A stretch of 64,000 bases of DNA from Eledone cirrhosa (Eukaryota). Below, piece after piece: positions 1-12,139 of this stretch. The notes beneath the pieces were generated by a model that did no database searches, was not told the DNA's origin, and was given only the letters and a program-made list of their open reading frames with translations. The stretch spans positions 349,990,001 to 350,054,000 of the forward strand of contig OZ024741.1 in NCBI GenBank assembly GCA_964016885.1, written 5' to 3'. Numbering within the stretch: the stretch's first letter is position 1; each line of letters opens with the position of its first letter. Position numbers and translations under genes: made by a program.

Positions 1-309
1 CTCTCTGTCTGTCTGTCTGCCTAGCTTTATTTTGTCTAGCCATCTGTCCCTCTGTCTAGCTGTCAGTCTGTCAGTCTGTCTATCTATCTACCTACCCACA
101 TGCCTACCTGTCTACTTGTCTACGTATCTATTTATCTACTAACATATATGTACACTGATCTATTTGCCTGCCTTTATATATATCTGTCTATCTCCCTGTC
201 AGACTGTCAATGTATAGTAATTTATTTATCTATATATACTAATCTAACTATATTCGGACAATAACAACAATAACTGCACCAAACCACACATCCCTATGGC
301 TGTCCAAAC

Positions 310-390
<81 letters not shown>
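1..390. repeat. Degenerate (TCTA/TCTG)n tract followed by pure (GATA)n
   Basis: Direct reading; pure GATA at about 310-391. Confidence 0.9.
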
Positions 391-391
<1 letters not shown>

Positions 392-994
392 TTCTTTATT
401 AGCCACAAGGGCGCAACAAGAAAGGGGACAATACAAAGACGTGCCGGGGATTTTACATACAGTCGTGTAAAAAATATAAAAACAAACAATTTCAACAATC
501 GAAATCCCCAATAGGGGGGAGGCGCCACAAATGGGTTGTTTAATACCCCGTCGATAGAACAACCCTCAACTCAAGGAGCGTGTTGTGCAAGTGCTCCTTT
601 CTTCCTTTTGCTCTCTTCCTCAACCTACAGGCTTATAAACAGAGAAGGCCCAATCACTCGGGCCATTTTCGCTTCATTCACCCACCTTTCAGTAAATTTA
701 CTGGGGTGCAGTGCCTCTCTCTCCACCCTGATTCTCCTTCTAAAGTGATACTTAAAGAATGGAATCAATTGTTGTCCGGAGAGAAAGGCATCTGTCCTCA
801 GTCCTCTCAACCTCGTCCACCATATAACTTCTTTCACCATAGCCACCGTACAGAGGAAAACCGCCTCTTTCGTTTTTGAAAGAGTCTGGCGGTTTGATCC
901 TTACTATGGACTCGGCAGTCAACTGTATTTGTCCCATACGCGACAGCAGTTGTTCTGCATAGTTCCACAGGTCGCTTACGCCCGGGCAGTGTAC

Positions 995-996
<2 letters not shown>
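392..996 (-). mobile_element. 5'-truncated Tx1/L1-clade LINE 3' end (ORF2 C-terminus, 3' UTR, AATAAA) embedded in (GATA)n
   Basis: Minus strand reads VHCPGVSDLWNYAEQLL..., then after a frameshift AMVKEVIWWTRLRG...FTERW; this resembles the end of the L1/Tx1 CCHC knuckle region. AATAAAGAAA is followed directly by (TCTA)n, and (GATA)n lies on both sides. Confidence 0.65.
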
Positions 997-1046
<50 letters not shown>

Positions 1047-1282
1047 AATTACTAAATTAAATACTTTTACAATAGATCCTGCCATCTTTTACGGATACTA
1101 TGGTAAGTTATGTATCGTGCCTTTATCTCTCTCTATATATATATATATATATCTCCCTCTCTCTCTCTCTTGCTCCCTCTCCCTCTCTCTCTCTATATAT
1201 ATATATCTCCCTCTCTCTCTCTCTCGCTCCCTCTCCCTCTCTTTCTCTCTCTCTCTCTCTCTCTGTATATATATATATATAT

Positions 1283-1804
<522 letters not shown>

Positions 1805-2309
1805 CTACTACTACTACTACTATCCAACAATAACATGTATGTATGGAGAAGCCAGGTTACTAGTCTTACGTCCTATAAACAGATGTATGCGTATGTATAT
1901 ATCATTATATATAAGCATGTGTATGTATGTATACGTGTTTTTACATTGTATGCTTATACATACATACATACATACATACATACATACATACATACATACA
2001 TACATACATACATACATGCATACATACATACATACATACATTGAGACGCCGCGTCCTTTGCAATAGTAATTGCTCTCTCATCCCCTAGCCACATCCTCAC
2101 CTCATTCACCGATTCTTCTCTTCTATCATTCTTTTAATCCGTCTCTCACCAGCGTCTCGCTACTCTTATCTCGGAGTCAGAGAATTCGGTCAGTGTCTGG
2201 AGATCGCGAAGATCCTGGCAGTGTACCAATCTTTTGTAACCGCATCGGAAATCCTCCGCCCTTGCTTTCACACTGAAACAACAACAGCATGAACAACAAC
2301 AACAATAAT

Positions 2310-3540
2310 AATAATGGTTTTCTGATTTAGGCACAAGACCAACAATTTTTTCTTGGGGGTGGGGGGGGGTCAATTAAATCCACCTCAGTGTATTACTGGT
2401 ACTTTATTTTATCGATCCCGTAAGGATGAAAGACAAAGTTAACCTCAGCGATATTTGAACTCAAAGCATAATAATTGTTTCTACTTTTTGGCACAAGGCC
2501 AGCAATTACCCAGTGCATTACTGGTACTTTATTTTATCAACCCCTTAAGGATGAAAGGCAAAGTTAACCTCGGCGGGATTTTAATTCAGAATGGCAAGGG
2601 CCGTAACTCTATGCTTCAAAGCATAATGTCCGACCCTCTACCGATACTGCCAATCCACGCATAATAATGATTTCTAGTATAGGCACAAGGCCAGTAATTT
2701 GTTAGTGGGGAGGGAGAAAGTCGGATAAATCGACCCCAGTACGTTACTGGTGCTTTATTTTATCGACCTCGTAAGGATGAAAGGTAAAGTTAACCTCGGC
2801 GATATTTGAACTAAGAATATAAGAGGTCGTAGCTACATGCCACAAAGCATAGTAACAATTGTTTCAATTTGAAGAGAAGGTAAATGTCGATTAAATCGAT
2901 CCCAGTAAGTTACTGGTATTTTATTTTATTGACCCCTGAAGGATGAAAAGCAAAGCTAACCTCGACGGGGTTTCAACTCAAAACGTAAAGGGCCGTAACT
3001 TTATACCACAAAGTATGTTGTACGCCGCTCTACCGATTCTGCCAATACACCACTCACTAATAATTGTTTCTACTTCTAGCACAAGGCCAACAATTACCCC
3101 AGTGCATTATGTTACTTTATTTTGTCGATCCCGTAAGGATGAAAGGCAAAGTTAACTTCGGAGGGATTTGAACTCCGTAAAGGGCAATAACTCTATGCTG
3201 CAAAGCATGGTGTCCGATCCTCTACTGATACTGCCAATTCGAAAGAAAATACTTTTTTGGAACTGACAAGCGTGTTAATTTAAGTAGGGTTTGAACTCAG
3301 AACGTAAAGGGACCTAACTATATGCCGCAAAGTATGTTGTCCCACGCTCTACCGGTACTGCCAATCCACCGTTCTATTCTATGTAGAAATAAGGGTTTCT
3401 GATTTGCGCACAGGGAAAACACATCGGGGGGAAGGGGATATCGATCAAATCGATCCCATTGCATTACTATTACTTTATTTTATCGACCCTACAAGGATGA
3501 AAAGCCGAGGTTAGCTTTACGGGATCGATAGAAAAAATAA
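2310..3540 (-). mobile_element. Head-to-tail cluster of about 6-7 tRNA/CORE-type SINE copies (octopus OR-like)
   Basis: Repeated unit (minus strand) TTGGCAGTATCGGTAGAG...GAGTTCAAATCCCGCCGAGGTTAACTTTGCCTTTCATCCTTACGGGGTCGATAAAATAAAGTACCAG...CCTTGTGCC..AGAAAC(ATT)n, with A/B-box-like head. Confidence 0.8.
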
Positions 3541-3599
3541 TAATTTTATGTCATATTGCTGTGACATTGAGATTTGAGTGCACATAATTCAATAATATT

Positions 3600-3860
3600 G
3601 GTGTTGTTGTTGGTGGTGGTAGTGGTGATGGTGGTGGGGATGGCGGCCGTGGCGGCGGCGTCGGCGGCGGTCGTGGTGGCGGCGGCGGCCGTTGTGGCGG
3701 TGGTGGTGGTGATGGTGGTGGCGGCGGCGGCCGTGGTGGCGGTGGTGGTGATGGTGGTGGTGGCGGCGGTGATATTAGCGGTGGTGGCAGCGGCCCTGGC
3801 GGCGGCAGATGCCGTGGTGGTGGTGGTGGTGGTGGTGGTAGAGGTAGTAGTGGTGGGCGG
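3600..3860. repeat. GC-rich degenerate trinucleotide repeat (GGT/GGC)n
   Basis: Direct reading; explains the Pro-, Thr/Ala- and Val-rich ORFs. Confidence 0.85.
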
Positions 3861-4127
3861 GATCGTAGGAAAAGAAAGAAAGAAAATATATATATGTGTG
3901 TGAACCCCCCCCCCCCCATCTCCCACCTTTTCGTTCCGTCGAATTAGAGAGGTGTTTGTGTTTAAGGTAAGGTACGTTAACTTCTTATGGAGAGCATTTA
4001 TAGAGCCGTTTATTAGTGAAACTATAGCCACCATAGATAGCCGCTCAACTGGAATGATCGCTTGCGCCGGAAGTAAAGGACAAAACACAAATGGTAGTCA
4101 TTATTGCAAAAATGCTTTATGGTCTTA

Positions 4128-5275
4128 GGTATGTATGTATGTTTGTATGAATGTAGGTATGTATAAATGTATGTTTGTATGAATGTAGGTATGTATGAAT
4201 GTGTGTTTGTATGAATGTAGGTATGTATGAATGTATGTTTGTATGAATGTAGGTATGTATGAATGTAGGTATGTATGAATGTATGTTTGTATGAATGTAG
4301 GTATGTATGAATGTATGTTTGTATAAATGTATGTTTGTATGAATGTAGGTATGTATGAATGTATGTTTGTATGAATGTAGGTATGTATGAATGTAGGTAT
4401 GTATGAATGTATGTTTGTATAAATGTAGGTATGTATGAATGTATGTTTGTATAAATGTATGTTTGTATGAATGTAGGTATGTATGAATGTAGGTATGTAT
4501 GAATGTATGTTTGTATGAATGTATGTTTGTATGAATGTAGGTATGTATAAATGTATGTTTGTATGAATGTAGGTATGTATAAATGTGTGTTTGTATGAAT
4601 GTAGGTATGTATGAATGTGTGTTTGTATGAATGTATGTTTGTATGAATGTAGGTATGTATGAATGTATGTTTGTATGAATGTAGGTATGTATGAATGTGT
4701 GTTTGTATGAATGTATGTTTGTATGAATGTAGGTATGTATGAATGTATGTTTGTATGAATGTAGGTATGTATGAATGTATGTTTGTATGAATGTAGGTAT
4801 GTATGAATGTATGTTTGTATGAATGTATGTTTGCATGAATGTAGGTATGTATGAATGTATGTTTGTATGAATGTAGGTATGTATAAATGTGTGTTTGTAT
4901 GAATGTAGGTATGTATGAATGTAGGCATGTATGAATGTAGGTATGTATAAATGTATGTTTGTATGAATGTAGGTTTGTATGAATGTATGTTTGTATGAAT
5001 GTAGGTATGTATGAATGTATGTTTGTATGAATGTAGGTATGTATGAATGTAGGTATGTATGAATGTATGTTTGTATGAATGTAGGTATGTATGAATGTAG
5101 GTATGTATGAATGTAGGTATGTATAAATGTATGTTTGTATGTATGTATGTTTGTATGAATGTATGTTTGTATGAATGTAGGTTTGTATGAATGTAGGTAT
5201 GTATAAATGTATGTTTGTATGAATGTAGGTATGTATGAATGTATGTTTGTATGAATGTAGGTATGTATGTATGTA
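4128..5275. repeat. Minisatellite built from alternating 16-bp units GTATGAATGTAGGTAT and GTATGAATGTATGTTT (TATG-derived)
   Basis: Direct reading; explains the 424/391/239-aa YIHT ORFs. Confidence 0.9.
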
Positions 5276-5474
5276 TGTATCTCTGTATATATGCATGCAT
5301 ATGTGTGTGTATGTATCTTACGTATGTATGTATGTGTGTATGTATCTTATGTATGTATGTATGTATATATGTATGTATGTAAAAGCGAAGTGAAAGCGAG
5401 AACGTGACGCGTCGTCGCCGGCGGCGTCAGGGGTGGTTGAAGAAGACGGCATGCGGTAGGCCGCCGCTTCATAT

Positions 5475-6083
5475 GTCAGGTCATCAGGTGGTGCTACTGG
5501 TAACATGTATCCCAGTACAACCTGTCTCATGGTCGGGTCGTTGGCGACTAAACTGGCAACCCCACCAAGGTTTCTTGGTGAGGAGGGTGACTTTGGACAT
5601 CCTGCAGGACTAAAAACAAAACCAGTCAAAGGGCAAAGGAGCTCTTAAGAGTCAATGGCCATCCAAAATCACCGGGAGAGATGACCCCTTAGCCTTTGTC
5701 AAGGCAGAATTCTAGGAGAAGAAAAACTCTGATATAACACCTGCAACCCTGATGGTATCCAATGATGTTGACTTGTTCTTCTTTTTGGTAAATATCATCT
5801 TGGTTAAGAGAGTGGGACTGGCTTTGTGCAGTGCCTTTGCTCACTATAAAAGCTTCACGGCACAGGCATTGCTTTATATCTGGAGATCTCTCTGCACTTG
5901 TCGTCACATGGTACCATGGGCCCAGCACTATGTGTCAATAGTTGTCACAAGTGTAGTGTTTGTACCAGAGTTTTCAAGTCGCTGGCTGGACTAAAATGTC
6001 ACACTCGTTCAGCGCATCGGTAGGGGTTCTCCTACATGGATATAAAGTAGCGGCCGTACTCGAAAACGAGTTGGCAGCCACCA
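5475..6083 (+). mobile_element. Non-autonomous RTE-derived short retroelement (~610 bp), family E
   Basis: Near-identical copies at 8369, 42964, 58100 and 59511. The 3' end (KCSVCTRVFKSLAGLKCH remnant; GGCCGTACTCGAAAACGAGTTGGCAGCCACCA) resembles the 3' end of the RTE LINE at 9228-9980; followed by (TATG)n-like tail. Confidence 0.8.
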
Positions 6084-6333
6084 TATCTGTATATATGCAT
6101 GCATATGTGTGTGAATGTATCTTACGTATGTATGTGTGTATGTATCTTATGTATGTACGTATATATGTATGTATGTATGTATGTATGCACGTATCTCTGT
6201 ATATATGCATACATAGGTGTGTGTATGTATCTTACGTATGTATGTATGTGTGTATGTATGTATGTATGTATGTATGTATGTATGTATGTATGTATGTATG
6301 TATGTATGTATGTATGTATGTATGTATGTATGT

Positions 6334-8207
6334 GTTCTTCTGGTTTTATAATTTCACAAAGTTTTACCAATAGAGAGAGAGTCGGTTTCTAACATAGACA
6401 CAAGACTCTCTCATTGGAATTTACACAACATCAACTAGGTAGATATGTATGTATGCATGTGTAGATATGGATGTTATTGTATGTGTGGATGTGTATGTTT
6501 TGAGTTGTATGTGTGCATGTGTATATGCTTTGTATCTGTACATGTGTATATGCAGTTATTAGATGCAAAATGATTGGAATGTTTTACATATTTTTACTGT
6601 TCCATTAATGGATTGTACTTGTAATTTCCTAACTAGTTGTGTTCTTTCTGTTCCTGTGAAGCCTAGCTTCTCAAGATTAAGGCAGTTACTAACATACGCC
6701 AGTGCCCCAATAATCACAGGCATAAATCTGAAGGTGTAATCAGGGTGGAGTATCTGCAGATTTGTCATCAGTTCTGCATAAATATTCTCCTTTTCGCTAA
6801 TCTTTGATATTATATTGGCATCTGCTGGGCAGCTAATTTCCACTGCTGTGCATGTTTTCTTCTCCCTGTCCCATATCATAATATCTGGTCTGTTATGCAT
6901 GCATTTTATTGGGGTTTTTACTGGAACATTCCACCAGTACTCTTTCATATTATGTACGTGGATGTCTTCCACATTGCTGTAGCTTTTAATTTGTTTATTA
7001 TCAGGGCTATCTATTTTACATTGTACAGTGTTTTGGCCACTTCATCATGCCTCATAAGTAGATAGTACCGCGATGACATCTTTGGACAGCTGCTGATGAC
7101 ATGGGTGATATCCTCGATGTTAGTTCTGCAGAGTTTGCACTTGTTATCACATCTAGGTGTTTTACCTGCATCCCTATCTCTTTTGTGAATCAGGTATTTC
7201 GTGTTAATCTCGTGTTCTTGGATTGCAAAAGCGTATCCTTCAAAGTGGGAGCCAATATAGCGGTTTTTCGTCCAAGATAGACTACGTTCCTTATATATAT
7301 ATTACTCTCACTCTGGAGCGTCCTGGCAACATATCCATGCATGATTTTTGCTGATGAGCATGCAGTTTTTCATCCATGGATTCACTGCGATACTGCTTAG
7401 CGACTTCCCTGGGTGTGAGTTTTTGATTATCACACAGGGAATATCTCTCGAGGAGTTCCTTCCCAACTCTCATGATCTTATCTGCCCATGCAGATAGACA
7501 TGCTTGAGAGAAGGGCTCCTATGCTTCGAGGTTCGTAGATGTTGTCGGAGGGATATGATATGACATTCAAATGCTGTCTGGACTGATCTTAGGCCTCTGC
7601 CTCCCAGCTTACGTTTCAAGTAAAGGCAGTCTATGTCACTGTTGATGTGGAAGTTTCCGCTGTTGTTTAGTATTTTTCGAGTTCCAACATCAACTGCTCG
7701 GATTTCGTCTATCGTCCAATTGAGTATTCCAAACGTTGGTGTTCGGACACAGCAAACACATTGTGAGACACTGTTTTGTTTTGCGCAAAGAGTTCCGGTG
7801 ACCAAATCTTTCTTAATCGGGTGTAGTATTCCCTGTTTATGCGTTCCTTATTACAGATACCATTATAGGATATGTTCTCATCTATCCCCAGGTATCTGTA
7901 GCAGTCCTCATCAGATATCCGTGAAACAGTTAGGTCATTGATGACAATGTTGCTAGATTGGGTTGTTGTTTTTCCCCGCTTTACAGTCATGTATGAGCAT
8001 TTATCTTGGCCAAACTCCATTCCTATATCCTTTGAGAACGTTGTAACCAGGTCAAGATTTTTCTTCATCCCATCCATGTTCCTGGCATAGAGTTTCAGAT
8101 CGTCCACAAAGAAATTATGGGTTAGGTTCGTATTTCTGTCCTCCTGTTAGCCAATGATGTATCCCTCACATTTCTTGAGCAGAAAGGACTAGGGGTTTAA
8201 TGACAAT
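6334..8207 (-). mobile_element. 5'-truncated, inactivated R4/Dong-clade LINE (RT C-terminus, CCHC finger, restriction-like endonuclease)
   Basis: THNFFVDDLKLYA (RT), YRYLGIDE, RKLGGRGL, CKLCRTNIEDITHVISSCP, HNRPDIMIWDREKKTCTAVEISCP...KENIYAEL; multiple stops and frameshifts; (TATG)n on both flanks. Confidence 0.88.
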
Positions 8208-8368
8208 GTATGTATGTATGTACGTATGTATGTGTATGTATGTATCTCTGTATATATGTATCTCTGTATATATGCATGCTTGTATGTGTGTATGTATCTT
8301 ATGTATGTATTTTATGCATTTATGTATGTATGCATGTATGTATTTATGTTAGGTATGTATGTATTTAT

Positions 8369-8977
8369 GTCAGGTCACCAGTTGGTGCTACTGGTAACAT
8401 GTATCCCAGTACAACCTGTCTCATGGTCGGGTCGTTGGCGACTAAACTGACAACCCCACCAAGGTTTCTTGGTGAGGAGGGTGACTTTGGACATCCTGCA
8501 GGACTAAAAACAAAACCTGTCAAAGGGCAAAGGAGCTCTTAAGAGTCAATGGCCATCCAAAATCACCGGGAGAGATGACCCCTTAGCCTTCGTCAAGGCA
8601 GAATTCTAGGAGAAGGAAAACTCTGATATAACACCTGCAACTCTGATGGTATCCAATGATGTTGACTTGTTCTTCTTTTTGGTAAATATCATCTTGGTTA
8701 AGAGAGTGGGACTGGCTTTGTGCAGTGCCTTTGCACACTATAAAAGCTTCACGGCAGAGGCATTGCTTTATATCTGGAGATCTCTTTGCACTTGTCGTCA
8801 CATGGTACCATGGGCCCAGCACTATGTGTCAATAATTGTCACAAGTGTAGTGTTTGTGCCAGAGTTTTCAAGTTCCTGGCTGGACTAAAAGGTCACACTC
8901 GTTCAGCGCATCGGTAGGGGTTCTCCTACATGGATATAAAGTAGTGGCCGCACTCGAAAACGAGTTGGCAGCCACCA
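8369..8977 (+). mobile_element. RTE-derived short element family E, full-length copy
   Basis: Highly similar to 5475-6083; flanked by TATG-type repeats. Confidence 0.85.
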
Positions 8978-9227
8978 CGTATGTATTATGTATCTGTATG
9001 TATGTATCTATGTATATATGCATGCATATGTGTGTATCTATCTTATGTATGTATGCATGCATGTATGTATTATATATGTATGTATATATGTATTATGTAT
9101 ATATGTATTATGTATGTATGTATTATGTATGTATGTATGTATGTATGTATGTATGTATGTATGTATGTATGTATGTATGTATGTATGTATGTATGTATGT
9201 ATGTATGGATCCATGTATGTATGTATT

Positions 9228-9980
9228 ATTGTGTCGTCTCCTCTTTTCTTTATACCTGTGAAATGGGGTGCGATGGAAAATGTTCGTCAGTGATTTGGGA
9301 GTTCTCGAACGGAGCAGGTGCGTGACTATAGAGTGCACGATCTCTCAGCACCGGTTGAGGTGGTGTCGACACGTGGTCCGGATGTCTGATGATCGCATTC
9401 CAAAACAACTTATCTACGGAGAACTGTGTGAAGGAAGGCGACCACCACACAAACCAAATATGCGTTACAGGGATGTGTCAGGGGCACCGTGGCTTGTGCT
9501 GGAATTTCATCTGATGGATGGGAGAAAATGGCTGAGGAGCGTGTGAAGTGGAGACGTTTGATCAATTCGGGTAGTGAACACTTTGAAACTCGTTGGAGGG
9601 AACACGTTACACTGAAAAGGAAGGTAAGGAAAGGAGACTGATCTGAACTGCCTGCTGTTGAACATCATCTGGTATGCCAGTACTCTGGTCGAGTCTGCCT
9701 GAGTAAAGCTGGTTTGACTAGACACGAATGAAGTCATATCAGTAGACCTCATGTAGATTATGATCTGAAAAAGTGTAAGGAATGTGGCAAGGAATGTGTT
9801 AGCATGGGAGGTCTTAAAAGACACATGATAACACACAGTCAGAACAAAGCAATGGAAAGTCCCGGAGGAGCCTACAGTTGCCATGTATGTGGCAGAGGGT
9901 GCAAGTCTTTGGCTGGTTTAAAGAGCCACATTCGTGCCTCATATTTTTTAGCATTTTATCAGGCGATGGCCATGCTCGAA
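9228..9980 (+). mobile_element. 5'-truncated RTE-clade LINE 3' end with C-terminal C2H2-like fingers
   Basis: RLRWCRHVVRMSDDRIPKQLIYGELCEGRRPPHKPNMRYRD (RTE signature); KCKECGKECVSMGGLKRHMITH and [22 protein letters not shown]; (TATG)n on both sides. Confidence 0.88.
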
Positions 9981-10215
9981 CACGAGTTTGCAGCTATCAT
10001 GTATTATGTATATATGTATGTATGTATGATGGATGTATGTTTGTATATATGTATGTATGTATGTACGTATGTATGTATGTATGTATGTATGTATGTATGT
10101 ATGTATGTATGTATATATGTATGTATGTATGATGGATGTATGTTTGTATATATGTATGTATGTATGTACGTATGTATGTATGTATGTATGTATGTATGTA
10201 TTATGTATGTATGCA

Positions 10216-10502
10216 TGTTCTTCTAGTTTTATAATTTTATAAAATGTTACCAACAGAGAGTCGGTTTCTAACATAGATACAAGACTCTCTCATTGGAATT
10301 TACACAACATCAACTAGGTAGATGTGTCTGCATGTCTGCATGTATGCATGTATGCATGTATGCATGTATGCATGCGTGTGGGGGTATGGATGTTATTGTA
10401 TGTGTATGTTTTGAGTTATATGTGTGTATGTGCATATTCTTTGTATCTGTACACGTGTACATGCAGTTATTAGATGCAGAATTTTTGGTATGTTTTACAT
10501 AT
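10216..10502 (-). mobile_element. R4/Dong LINE 3' end fragment (same family as 6334)
   Basis: Matches 6334-6595, including the 3' UTR and the (CATA)n junction. Confidence 0.8.
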
Positions 10503-11295
10503 TTTTCGCCTTCGGTCTAGTTTCCCAAATGGACTCAACTCCTCTCCACATTTTCTATAATCCATATTTACCTTTATACACATGAACCCGCACGTGCTTC
10601 TGTACAACTAGTTACTGTTACCCTGACCTCGTTCACTCGGCGCACGCACATTCACCTCTTGAGTTTCCTACGGCTTCGTTACGGTCAGAAACACACACCC
10701 TCACAGCTTTGTAGAGACTAACAACAAACCCCAATACACCTCTACACTTACACTCGCAGCTCTGTACAGACCAACAACAAACACGCGCTCATATACACAC
10801 TCTCTCTTAAACTTATACACACACATATCCTTACAGTTTTGTACAGTAAAACAACAAAAACACTCATATACGCATCACACTCATGCGTACAGAGACGCAG
10901 ACGCGTACAGATGCACACAAACATTTACACACTTACGCATATATATATATCTACTTTAAATATAAAAGAAATTGTTTTCCCTGTTCAGTACGATATAGAT
11001 GACTTTGATCATAGCCTTTCAAAAAACGACCAACTAAACTTCCTACGCCATAAACGCTCCTATCAACAGATGGTGAAATGAACAGACCTGCTTTATCTCG
11101 AAGAAATCTTTTTCTTTTCTGCCACTGCTCACTCTGTTCTATCTTTCTATTTCTTCTTTAATTTCTTATTTTCTTTTCTGATGAATAACTAGCGTCCGAA
11201 ATGTTAAGACTTTTCCTACTATATTAAGCATGGAACTAATATGTTATCTTCATTCTACTTCATCGACTGTTCTATTTTTCAGTTTATGTTTCAGA
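10503..11295 (+). mobile_element. Penelope-like element 3' portion with pLTR and minimal hammerhead (11178-11210)
   Basis: Begins RLRSSFPNGLNS (GIY-YIG C-terminal P.GLN motif); CTGATGAATAACTAGCGTCCGAAATGTTAAGAC; homologous to pLTRs at 29540, 39490, 46575 and 63630. Confidence 0.6.
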
Positions 11296-11319
11296 CATAC
11301 ACGCACTCACACGCACACC

Positions 11320-11570
11320 ATCCATCTTATCGAGCTTGTTCCAATCCTCAATGGTAAAGACACTCCTGTCTCTTGTTACTTCTGTTCCTCAATCACTCTA
11401 CTCAACATCTTACTGTCTCAGGCCTCCTTTTACCCCCACGGATCCACAGCCACTCGCACAAGGACCGAGGAGAACTTAATTTTCCGTCTTGAAACCACTT
11501 TTCCGACTGGACTCAATCCCCCATACATACACTACCTATAGCCTCCCTTTACCCTTGCTCTCACTTCTAA
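11320..11570 (+). mobile_element. PLE GIY-YIG endonuclease C-terminal remnant
   Basis: ...TRTRTEENLIFRLETTFPTGLN, typical of Penelope-group C-termini. Confidence 0.65.
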
Positions 11571-11634
11571 AGATATATATATATAATTGAGATAAGTGGA
11601 GCAAGTAAAATTCAAACAATTTCTCAAAATAAAT

Positions 11635-11940
<306 letters not shown>

Positions 11941-12139
11941 GTTGGTGTATTTTCAAAGTATCTATTTGGAATCACCAAATGTATTTTACTTAGATGCAAT
12001 TTCCATTTGTTTCTCTTCTGTTTGTGTGTTTTAAAGAAAATCTTTGTAATGTTTAAAGTAAAAAAGACATATTTCATTTAAAAACTATAAATTGGTCAAA
12101 CATACAGAAAATGAAAGCAGTCATGGAAAGGACTATAAA

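Noticed and set aside
3546-4088. Pro-rich or Thr-rich mucin/extensin-like ORFs (also 30697-30930)
   Set aside because: Explained by trinucleotide repeats open in several frames; no convincing splice sites.
5689-5994. Recurrent 79/80-aa ORFs (MLGPWYHV..., MVSNDVDL...) as a small gene family
   Set aside because: They recur because they lie in the young family E repeat; they overlap on opposite strands and show no domain signature.
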